Origin: Zestosphaera tikiterensis
GTDB taxonomy: Archaea > Thermoproteota > Thermoprotei_A > Sulfolobales > NBVN01
DNA length: 31,500 nt
Assembly (NCBI GenBank): GCA_003056265.1
Contig: NBVN01000008.1
Span: 1-31,500 of the forward strand
Direction: 5' to 3'
Part shown: positions 24,582 to 31,500 of the stretch, one piece after another
Position numbering within the stretch: position 1 is the stretch's first letter
How the letters are laid out: the number at the start of each line of letters is the position of its first letter
Program-made: the position numbers and the translations under genes
Notes under the pieces: model-generated
Databases searched by the model: none
What the model saw: the letters and a program-made list of their open reading frames with translations, nothing else
What the model was told of the DNA's origin: nothing

Positions 24582-24848
24582 ATGGATCAAAGCCTTCATG
24601 AAGAAATTGAAGTTGAAAGGAAAAAGAACCTAGAGGATATCATACACTATGCTAAATGGGAAGCTGAGACAGTTAAGAAACTGGGGAGAAAATGGTTTGA
24701 TATAAGGGATAGGTGGCTATGGGAATCCTTCAAAGCCGATAAAGAAATGTGGAGAAACCCTAAGGTCAGAGAAGCTTTAATAAAAACAATTACGTTTATA
24801 GATAAGTTAAAAAGGAAGAGATGCGCTTCAGACCCTCTTAAATGCTAA
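24582..24848 (+). CDS. small charged helical protein, possible partner of the upstream nucleotidyltransferase
   Basis: ATG-24582 lies 4 nt after the stop of the upstream gene; the tracked GTG-24558 would overlap it. It is 88 aa, Lys/Glu/Trp-rich and predicted helical, with no recognisable motif. Confidence 0.4.
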   Translation: MDQSLHEEIEVERKKNLEDIIHYAKWEAETVKKLGRKWFDIRDRWLWESFKADKEMWRNPKVREALIKTITFIDKLKRKRCASDPLKC

Positions 24849-25163
24849 TACATTCTATTCACTTCTATAACCTTTCGTCGGTATGTTTTGGCTTTATGTG
24901 AGGAAACTGTGAGCATGGGTTCTCGAGGATTCCTGAGAGTGATTAATGGTGCCTTAAGAACGGGGCCAAGACCCGACGAAGATGATAGATGATCCACATA
25001 AAATTAAAAACTTACTGATTCTTGAGGTTCGTAAAGATTTATTAGTTAGGGGGTAACTATACCGTACTTCGATCCGGAGCCGAAGAAGTGTAGAGAGGAT
25101 TTCTTCAACGCTGAGAAGGAGATTGAGGAGTTTAAAAGAGGTCTTAACGTTTCTAAGCTTGTA

Positions 25164-26105
25164 GTGGTTTCTGGGTTGAGAAGATATGGTAAGACATCCC
25201 TTATCTTAACGGCTCTTAATGAGTTGGGAGTGGATTACGTGTTTATAGATTGCAGGCTCTTACCGTCTGGGATGATTTCAGTGAATGATTTGTTGATGCT
25301 TTTTGAGAGGGAGTTGAGTAGGAGGGGTTGGTTTAAGTCGATCGTAACCTCCATAGAGGGTGTTGAGGTAGGGGGTTTCGGCGTGAGGTTCCGCCGCAGG
25401 GATTTCAATACTTTAGTTAACGTGTTGGAGAGGTTGGAGGGTCGGGTATTGGTTTTTGATGAGGTTCAAGAGCTTAGGAGAAGTAGATATAGGTTTGATT
25501 CCCTTATAGCATATCTCTACGACCACGTGGATGTGAAGGTTGTGGTTTCCGGCTCTCAAGTTGGGTTAATGCGTAGGTTCCTCCGCTTCGACGACCCCTC
25601 AGCACCTCTCTACGGTAGGCCGTTTTACGTTGTTAAGCTAAAGCCTCTTACTAGAGAATTAGCACGTGAATTCCTACTTAAGGGTTTTGAACAGGAAGGG
25701 CTTCAACCACCGGTTGAGTTGATAGAGGAAGCTTTAAACATATTCAACGGAGTGATAGGTTGGTTAACCTACTTCGGCTACTCCTACGCAAGACTTTGTG
25801 TGAGGGATCTAACCTCCGTGTTGGAAACCGCAGCGAAGCTAGCTTATGAAGAACTTAATCAAGCACTTCAAATATTCAACGTCGGTAGGCCGAGATACGA
25901 AGCAGTTCTAAAACTACTTTCCGAAAGGAGTTCCTCATGGTCTGAAATAATTAGGTATATAGAATCTAAACACGGTAAAATACCTAAAAACACCCTCAAC
26001 AACATCCTTAAAAACTTAATCGATATGGGCGTAGTTGAGAAATCCGAAGGCATGTATAGAGTGGCGGACCCCGTCCTGCGGTATGCGATAAGAAAATACC
26101 TATAG
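25164..26105 (+). CDS. archaeal ATPase (ATPase_2/Arch_ATPase) with a C-terminal DUF234 winged-helix domain
   Basis: Walker A is SGLRRYGKTSL and Walker B is VLVFDEVQEL. The C-terminal wHTH reads SWSEIIRYIESKHGKIPKNTLNNILKNLIDMGVVEK. Family-like N-terminal sequence continues upstream to 25050 without a canonical start codon (see the finding on 25050-25166). Confidence 0.85.
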   Translation: MVSGLRRYGKTSLILTALNELGVDYVFIDCRLLPSGMISVNDLLMLFERELSRRGWFKSIVTSIEGVEVGGFGVRFRRRDFNTLVNVLERLEGRVLVFDEVQELRRSRYRFDSLIAYLYDHVDVKVVVSGSQVGLMRRFLRFDDPSAPLYGRPFYVVKLKPLTRELAREFLLKGFEQEGLQPPVELIEEALNIFNGVIGWLTYFGYSYARLCVRDLTSVLETAAKLAYEELNQALQIFNVGRPRYEAVLKLLSERSSSWSEIIRYIESKHGKIPKNTLNNILKNLIDMGVVEKSEGMYRVADPVLRYAIRKYL

Positions 26106-26113
26106 GCAAAACC

Positions 26114-26767
26114 TTAAAAACTACGTTGTTTCTGTAGGTTTACCCAAGGTTTATGGCATATCCTCTCCCATACGTCTCTAACTACGTTTCTATTATGTCT
26201 TAACTTCATTAAATACCTTACGGCGGGTTCTACGTCTTTAACTTCTTTAATTGACTCTCCTTTAATCATGAGTACGTCGTCGTCATAACTGCAGGCAACG
26301 TATCTAATCACTTCTATAAGGTCGTTTAACTCTGTAAGCTCTATAACTACGTATCCTAAGCTTTTAAACATGTTTATAGATGGTTTATTTGTTTTCCTAG
26401 CCGTGGCTATGAAGTACTTAACGCCTTCCCAACTTAACAACTCCTCAATAGAGGAAACTAAAACCTTACCGTAGCCTAACCCCCTGAAGGCATCCTTCAC
26501 AACCACGTAATACACAACCCCCAGAGGTTCGGGCTCAATTAAAACTTTAAAGTATAGGCCGGAACCGACGACCTCACCGCGTTCCTTAACTATGGTTGCG
26601 TTGCATACGCCGGACTCTAAGCAGGATCTAGCGTAATATCCGTGAAACCAAGACATAGCGGAGGAGACCAACCCCTCAACAAGGTCAGCGCATTCAACAC
26701 CGCAAGTCTCAACAACTACGTCATCAAACACTTCATCAACACCCTCTCTCCTACGGAGGGACTCCAA
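26114..26767 (-). CDS. GNAT-family N-acetyltransferase
   Basis: The acetyl-CoA motif A is VVVKDAFRGLGYGKVLVSSIEELL, followed by NKPSINMFKSLGY. TTG-26767 is the tracked start, and a later internal start is possible. Confidence 0.8.
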   Translation of the reverse strand: MESLRRREGVDEVFDDVVVETCGVECADLVEGLVSSAMSWFHGYYARSCLESGVCNATIVKERGEVVGSGLYFKVLIEPEPLGVVYYVVVKDAFRGLGYGKVLVSSIEELLSWEGVKYFIATARKTNKPSINMFKSLGYVVIELTELNDLIEVIRYVACSYDDDVLMIKGESIKEVKDVEPAVRYLMKLRHNRNVVRDVWERICHKPWVNLQKQRSF

Positions 26768-26794
26768 AAACTGATTTAACTCAGGCTTTAAGAG

Positions 26795-28162
26795 TTACCC
26801 CACCTTAGACACACACTCTAGAAACTCGTTTAAAGCTTTCCTATAGAGTTCCTCAAACGTAGTTGAGTTAGGAGTTAATTCAACGTCGTTAGTAAGTAAT
26901 GTAAACTTTTGATTTCCGTACCTTCTTAAATCTTCATAACTCATAACAGCTAATTCGGAGTCGAGCTTATCGTAAGATCCTTTATTAACTAGTAAAAGCA
27001 TATGCTTTACGAAGCATTTAAAAGCTTTAAGAGGGTTATCAACACCCACATACTTAACTTTACTCGTTAAGTACCTGCCAACCATGTTAATCAACTCTGA
27101 AGTTCTTAAATTAGCTAACTCAGCTAAACCCATTAAAGAGTTAACAACCCTCTCGTTGAAGTACTTAACGCTTAAGTCGTAAACATCTCGATCTGAATGA
27201 TATACTGGTTTAATCTTATGTATGTTATGAAAAACTAAAGTAGGTATCGCTAGGTTTAAAGCTGATAACGCGTCGGTATAGGCTATGCCGGCGTTAGACT
27301 CAACGACTTCAACGTTGCTTACGTACCTCCATAAACCCTCATCCAGTCCAACGAAGCTTGCCTCAAGAGGTTCTGTAAACGCTGTGTCAACGACTACGAA
27401 TAGTAGGGTGTCTTCAAGGGCTTCACCGTACCTACTTACGTAAGCTCTCGAGCCGTAAGCCCAGTAAAGCAGGGGTTCTTCAGGATCTCCATATTCTTCA
27501 GCTGTGAAGCTAACTAACCTAATGGGTTGCCTTCCCTTCTTACTTACCTCTTCAGCTAACTTCATAAGGATTAAAAGACCGTTGACGTCGTCTCTAAACC
27601 CGCTTAACCACCTATCGTGGTGGGCTGCCACAACCATCTTAGGATCCTCCCCGTAAGTAGCTTCAAGGTTGTAACCAGTGCTTAAAACCTTCCTAACCTT
27701 CACCTCAACATCCACACGCCTTCCGTAAAGCTCCTTAAGCTTTAACCCAACATCTAAAGGTATGTGAACGCTTAAGACATCATCCCTAACTTTCGAGGTG
27801 GTTGAGTAGCTTAACTCACCCGTCAACACTATACGTCTTTTCCTAACTTCAGGGTAGGAATCGAAGAAGATAACCGCTTCATACCCTTCCTTAACAGCCC
27901 TCCCGTGAATAACCCACATATTATCAGGGTCTTCAGTAGTTGACGTTAGTAAGACATCCCTACCTAAAACCCCGCTTACGTATTGAGATCTTTGAGGTGG
28001 TTGTGAAGTGCATTTTATGGAGCCGTCTATCAAGCAGTTAACATCCTCCCAAGAAATAACCTCGACGGGATGTAACCTAACGTCAAACCCTAAATCACTT
28101 AATCGATCGCGTAAACTCCTAACTAAGTTAAGCTCGGCTTTAGACCCGGCAACGACGTCCAC
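26795..28162 (-). CDS. M28-family metallopeptidase-like protein
   Basis: The ligand pattern runs in the order expected for M28: VVAAHHDRW, FRDDVNGLL, FTAEEYG, VVVDTA, VYHSDRD. The start is GTG. Confidence 0.6.
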   Translation of the reverse strand: MDVVAGSKAELNLVRSLRDRLSDLGFDVRLHPVEVISWEDVNCLIDGSIKCTSQPPQRSQYVSGVLGRDVLLTSTTEDPDNMWVIHGRAVKEGYEAVIFFDSYPEVRKRRIVLTGELSYSTTSKVRDDVLSVHIPLDVGLKLKELYGRRVDVEVKVRKVLSTGYNLEATYGEDPKMVVAAHHDRWLSGFRDDVNGLLILMKLAEEVSKKGRQPIRLVSFTAEEYGDPEEPLLYWAYGSRAYVSRYGEALEDTLLFVVVDTAFTEPLEASFVGLDEGLWRYVSNVEVVESNAGIAYTDALSALNLAIPTLVFHNIHKIKPVYHSDRDVYDLSVKYFNERVVNSLMGLAELANLRTSELINMVGRYLTSKVKYVGVDNPLKAFKCFVKHMLLLVNKGSYDKLDSELAVMSYEDLRRYGNQKFTLLTNDVELTPNSTTFEELYRKALNEFLECVSKVG

Positions 28163-28182
28163 GAAACCACCCTAAGAAACGA

Positions 28183-28192
28183 GTTTAAAACC
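28183..28192. promoter_or_regulatory. TATA-like GTTTAAAACC in the divergent 73-nt intergenic region
   Basis: It lies between the M28 gene (start 28162, minus) and the MetE-like gene (ATG-28236). The same 9-mer GTTTAAAAC recurs at 31318-31326 upstream of the corrinoid-protein gene. A second A/T box, ATAAATAAA, sits at 28195-28203. Confidence 0.3.
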
Positions 28193-28235
28193 GCATAAAT
28201 AAAGCGTTGGAAACACTACTACTTAGGGTTCCTCC

Positions 28236-29210
28236 ATGAGGAGTAGCCACGTAGGTAGTTTCCCGTTGGGATACAGCCTTGAAAACGTGGGTAGGGTTCT
28301 TAAAGACCTTGCGGCAGTAGGTATTGACGTCCCTCCATACCCTCAGATGAGGGGCTTCATAGACATATACGTTAACCCACTACTTAATGAAGGTCTTGCG
28401 TACCTAATCGGGAACTTCATATATGCTGACCCAACCCAACTAATGAAGCAGCGGGTTAAACATACCTCAATACCTGAGGCTGAGTACGCAATTCAATTCG
28501 TTAAGGAAGCTGGGCTAGGGTTTAAAGGCTTAAGAGCTCCGGTAACGGGGGCTTTCACACTATCCTCTAGGGTTTACGTAGTTAAAGGTAGTGTGGATCT
28601 CACGTCAACGGCTTTAGCTCGTAAGGAACTACTTCAAGGGTTTTTCGTTGGTTACGTGGGCGGGTTGGTTAAGTATATGTCCTCACTGGGTTATGACGTA
28701 GTCTTTATGGATGAGCCTTCACTAACTTTAGTGATAGGGGCTAGGAAAAACCTCTTCAACTACAGCGATGATGAGGTTATAGAAGCTTTAAATAACGTAG
28801 CTAAGGAATCAAACAACGCTGAGGTGGGGATTCACGTATGCGGTAGGATACATAAGAGACTTTTCGAAGTTTTAACCCGCGTACCTAAGGTGAGGTACTT
28901 AAGCTTCGAATTTCATGACAACCCAGGAAACCTGGAGGTAATTGATAAACACCTACTTGAATCCTACGATAAGGTGATATCCCCAGGCGTTGTCAGCTCT
29001 AAAAAACCCGTTGTTGAGGAGTTAAGCGAGGTCTTAAACATACTTAAGAAGGTGGTTGAGAAGGCTGGAGGTAGGGTTGATTTAATAGCTGGTGACTGCG
29101 GCTTCGCAGGGTTGAGGGGTTCCTTAGGTGATGTGGAGAGGGAGTATAGGTTATCCCTAGCTAAGCTTGAGAAAGTGGTTAAGGCTGTGAAGACGTTAAG
29201 TCAAACGTAA
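28236..29210 (+). CDS. short 'core' MetE-like zinc methyltransferase (cobalamin-independent methionine-synthase C-terminal domain family)
   Basis: The N-terminal SHVGSFPL matches the MetE GSFP motif. The Zn-ligand pattern is GIHVCG (HxC), SFEFHD (Glu) and AGDCGFAGL (Cys). At 324 aa it is the size of the archaeal single-domain MetE homologues. Confidence 0.7.
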   Translation: MRSSHVGSFPLGYSLENVGRVLKDLAAVGIDVPPYPQMRGFIDIYVNPLLNEGLAYLIGNFIYADPTQLMKQRVKHTSIPEAEYAIQFVKEAGLGFKGLRAPVTGAFTLSSRVYVVKGSVDLTSTALARKELLQGFFVGYVGGLVKYMSSLGYDVVFMDEPSLTLVIGARKNLFNYSDDEVIEALNNVAKESNNAEVGIHVCGRIHKRLFEVLTRVPKVRYLSFEFHDNPGNLEVIDKHLLESYDKVISPGVVSSKKPVVEELSEVLNILKKVVEKAGGRVDLIAGDCGFAGLRGSLGDVEREYRLSLAKLEKVVKAVKTLSQT

Positions 29211-30634
29211 ATAGGTGTTGAACCCGCCTTCCTCCAAAGCCTTTCATAAACGGCGTTTAACTCCTTAAGGACGTCATCGCTTAACTCACTGCGGCGTCCT
29301 TCCTTAAGGATTTTAAGGACTGCTTCATGGGCTTCCTCGTAGGCGTTCCTCCCACCCCATCTAGACCTGGGGGTCGCGTCCCAAACGTTCGGTATGTGTA
29401 CCTCCTTCCTAACGTACCTCCTGGTATGTGGATGTAGTAGGAAGTTACCTCCCTTCCTCAACACCACGTCCTCAATAACGTCTATAGCTAACTCCTCAAC
29501 ACTTAAGTTAAAGCCTCTCGCAAACCTCTTAACTAAGCCGCAGACTTCATTATCTAGAACCAACTTCTCAAAGGATTGAACGCTTTCAAACTCAAGCATC
29601 CCAGGGCCTGAGATTACGTCAAACCCTGAGAGGGCCGCGGTTAATGATGAGTAAGCTCCTTCAGCACCTGCTTGATAGTCCACAAGCTTAGCGTCGCTTA
29701 AACCCATGTAAGTATGTGTTGGGAGGTCTAAATACTTAGCTAAGTCTCTATATGCGATGGATATCAACATAGACTCGGGAGCTACTATAGCTACCGTGCC
29801 GTACCTAGGGTGCATAAGCGTTGGTGAACCGCCGTAAATCACTGGAGCACCTTTAGAAACTAGCTGAGCTAACACAACACCGCTTAAAACCTCCGCATGA
29901 TGTTGAACTACGGCGCCAGCCACCGTAGCTGGCGCAGTACCTCCCAACCCAGGCATCGACACGATCTCAGACGGGACTCCCGCCTTAGCTAAGTCAACAA
30001 CGTTTCTAGACGTTACCCTACTCCAGGACAGGGGCGGTGACGGGCAGGCGTCGAAGATGGCGAAGGGCCTCTTCCAAGCGTCCTCCCTAACCGCCTTAAG
30101 CATTTCAAGCATTATATGTAGGTTCTCCACGGTGAAAGCCCCAGTAACTATCGGTTTTCTAGAGTACTTCAGTATCGGATATAGTCTAACAGCGTCTTTA
30201 ACCTCTATAGGTACGTCGCTCGGAACTAAAGCCGTGCTCTGCGCGTCTATATGATCTAGATTCTCAACCAACAGCACTAGGTTCTTAAGGTCTTCCATAG
30301 TTGGGTTTCTAGGCTCTTTAGAGCCGTAGTCAAGTATTTTTATGGCTGCTGAGCCGGGATTAAAGAGTAGGGCGCCCTCCCCCAACGTAGCTACTTTCCT
30401 CCCGTCCCTATCGTATAGGTCTAACCTCTTAGGTACGTTCTTAAGAGCTTCGGAAATCAACTCCTCAGGTATTAAAACCCTACCGCCCTTCTCTATAGAG
30501 CCTGCTTCCAACAATATCCTAGCGACTTCAGGGTCTTCAAACCTAACCCCAACCCCGCTTAACAGCTTAACCGCTTTATCATGTATTTCCGAAGCTTCAC
30601 TCCTGCTTAAGATAGTTAACGTAGGTTTAGGCAT
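29201..30634 (-). CDS. MttB-superfamily (trimethylamine methyltransferase family) protein, non-pyrrolysine type
   Basis: Family-typical sequence is present: LSRSEASEIHDKAVKLLSGVGVRFEDPEVARILLEAG...RVLIPEELISEALKNVPK and GLGGTAPATVAGAVVQHHAEVLSG. It is an uninterrupted 477-aa ORF with no in-frame TAG. ATG-30634 overlaps the upstream stop by 1 nt (TAATG). Confidence 0.85.
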   Translation of the reverse strand: MPKPTLTILSRSEASEIHDKAVKLLSGVGVRFEDPEVARILLEAGSIEKGGRVLIPEELISEALKNVPKRLDLYDRDGRKVATLGEGALLFNPGSAAIKILDYGSKEPRNPTMEDLKNLVLLVENLDHIDAQSTALVPSDVPIEVKDAVRLYPILKYSRKPIVTGAFTVENLHIMLEMLKAVREDAWKRPFAIFDACPSPPLSWSRVTSRNVVDLAKAGVPSEIVSMPGLGGTAPATVAGAVVQHHAEVLSGVVLAQLVSKGAPVIYGGSPTLMHPRYGTVAIVAPESMLISIAYRDLAKYLDLPTHTYMGLSDAKLVDYQAGAEGAYSSLTAALSGFDVISGPGMLEFESVQSFEKLVLDNEVCGLVKRFARGFNLSVEELAIDVIEDVVLRKGGNFLLHPHTRRYVRKEVHIPNVWDATPRSRWGGRNAYEEAHEAVLKILKEGRRSELSDDVLKELNAVYERLWRKAGSTPIYV

Positions 30635-31296
30635 TAAACAACCCCCAACAACTCCTTAACCTTCTTTAAAGCTTTAAAGGCGTCGTCACCGCATACGTCC
30701 GCACCAACCTCCTTAACCCACTCCTCAGTTACTGGAGCCCCTCCAACCACAACCACGACCTTATCTCTTAACCCTCTACGCCTCAACTCCTCAACAACTT
30801 TTTTCTGTTCAACCATCGTAGTAGTCATTAAAGCTGAAGCCCCAACGACTTTAGCTCCGTAGGCCTCAACAGCCTCAGCGAATTTCTCCGGGGGTACGTC
30901 AACACCTAAGTCAATAACTTCAAAGCCTTCAGCCTTGAACAACGCTTTAGCTATGTTCTTACCGAGTTCGTGAATATCCCCTCTAACCGTACCGAAAACA
31001 GCTACAACCCCCTTACCACTCCTTGAGGAGGTGAGCTTAGGCTTAAGCACATCCTCAAAAGCTTGTCTGAAGGCCTCAGCCGAAGCTATTAAATCAGCTA
31101 TGAAGTACTCACCCCTTTCATACATCTCCCCAACCACCTTCATAGCAGGCGCTAAAACCTCAGAAACTATTTGAAGGACGTCAACGTCGGCGTCAACCAA
31201 CGCTTTAGCGCTCTCAACAGCCCCTTCGATATCGCCCTCAACTATAGCTTTATGGAGTTTAACCTTAACATCCTCTAAAGCCGTGATCCCACCCAC
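30634..31296 (-). CDS. corrinoid (B12-binding) methyl-carrier protein, MttC/MtgC-like
   Basis: It has an N-terminal helical cap followed by a Rossmann-like B12 domain. Motifs are GDIHELG (DxHxxG), SALMTT (SxL) and VVVGGAPV (GG). The start is GTG-31296. Confidence 0.9.
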   Translation of the reverse strand: MGGITALEDVKVKLHKAIVEGDIEGAVESAKALVDADVDVLQIVSEVLAPAMKVVGEMYERGEYFIADLIASAEAFRQAFEDVLKPKLTSSRSGKGVVAVFGTVRGDIHELGKNIAKALFKAEGFEVIDLGVDVPPEKFAEAVEAYGAKVVGASALMTTTMVEQKKVVEELRRRGLRDKVVVVVGGAPVTEEWVKEVGADVCGDDAFKALKKVKELLGVV

Positions 31297-31319
31297 ATAA
31301 TTAACTGCTGAAGACGTGT

Positions 31320-31353
31320 TTAAAACGTTAAAACATTAAAAACATCTTAAACC
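31320..31353. repeat. four TTAAA(A)C words in the divergent promoter region of the corrinoid cluster
   Basis: TTAAAAC occurs at 31320-31326 and 31328-31334, TTAAAAAC at 31336-31343, and TTAAACC at 31347-31353. All were read directly from the sequence. Confidence 0.6.
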
Positions 31354-31408
31354 ACCCACCGCAACTTATTTGACTTAAGTTAACGTATGTATGTGAGGGC
31401 CGGGCTTA

Positions 31409-31500
31409 ATGCTTAAGCTTAAGTTGATTGGCTCACGCGGCGGTAAGCCACTTCTTGAGTTGCTTAGGGAGTTGGGGGTTAAGGTAAGGTCTGACTGCGG
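31409..31500 (+). CDS. N-terminus of a [2Fe-2S]-ferredoxin-domain protein, probably a RACo/RamA-like corrinoid reductive activase (runs off the right edge)
   Basis: MLKLKLIGSRGGKPLLELLRELGVKVRSDC(G) resembles the start of COG3894-type activators (..LLEAA...GI.I...CGG.G.CGKC). It is divergent from the corrinoid-protein gene. Only 30 codons are visible. Confidence 0.4.
   Translation, partial: MLKLKLIGSRGGKPLLELLRELGVKVRSDC

Noticed and set aside
24874-24980. A long-range stem, TTCGTCGG (24874-24881) with CCGACGAA (24973-24980), plus TTGGC/GCCAA inside, in the gap before the ATPase gene. It could be a structured RNA.
   Set aside because: An 8-bp complement within about 100 nt is expected dozens of times by chance in 31.5 kb. 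I could build no further convincing helices and have no covariation evidence.
29201-30634. A pyrrolysine (in-frame UAG) MttB.
   Set aside because: The ORF is uninterrupted over a full family-typical length (477 aa), and no pyl genes are visible. I call it a non-Pyl member.
1-31500. A CRISPR array, rRNA or tRNA genes, an IS element or transposase, or a complete integrase.
   Set aside because: I saw no regularly spaced 24-40-nt direct repeats, no rRNA-like or tRNA-like conserved blocks, no DDE/HUH transposase motifs, and no tyrosine-recombinase catalytic domain on either strand.

Overview
This window looks archaeal and Thermoproteota/Crenarchaeota-like. The signs are AGG/AGA-rich Arg codons, Lys/Glu/Ile/Val-rich proteins, A/T-rich TATA-like promoters, DUF104-PIN modules and an Arch-ATPase/DUF234 gene. 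It falls into three parts.

(1) nt 1-19.8 kb holds about 20 co-directional + strand genes forming a surface-glycan/N-glycosylation-type island. It contains 2 GT2, 4 GT4, an epimerase, a NodB deacetylase, FkbM and class-I methyltransferases, and two large polytopic membrane proteins. The island is a strong GC/AT mosaic and shows decay (an in-frame TGA and a truncated second epimerase). It also holds an orphan HTH/coiled-coil gene followed by a helically phased TACA(T/C) array. A further unusual five-gene module comprises two paralogous P-loop kinase-like proteins, a HAD-IB phosphatase, an NDxxD membrane protein and an NTP_transf_5-like nucleotidyltransferase.

(2) 19.9-26.1 kb is an accessory patch. 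It carries ParA plus an overlapping RHH/integrase-SAM-like partner, a truncated methyltransferase, and two intact and one decayed vapBC-type toxin-antitoxin loci. It also carries a Pol-beta-fold nucleotidyltransferase with a small partner, and an Arch-ATPase/DUF234 gene whose conserved N-terminus lacks a canonical start codon.

(3) 26.1-31.5 kb holds a GNAT, an M28-like peptidase and a corrinoid methyl-transfer cluster. The cluster comprises a core-MetE-like protein, a non-pyrrolysine MttB-family methyltransferase, a B12-binding protein and a partial RACo/RamA-like activator.

I recognised no rRNA, tRNA, CRISPR array or intact transposase/integrase. All family calls come from motif reading by eye, not from searches.
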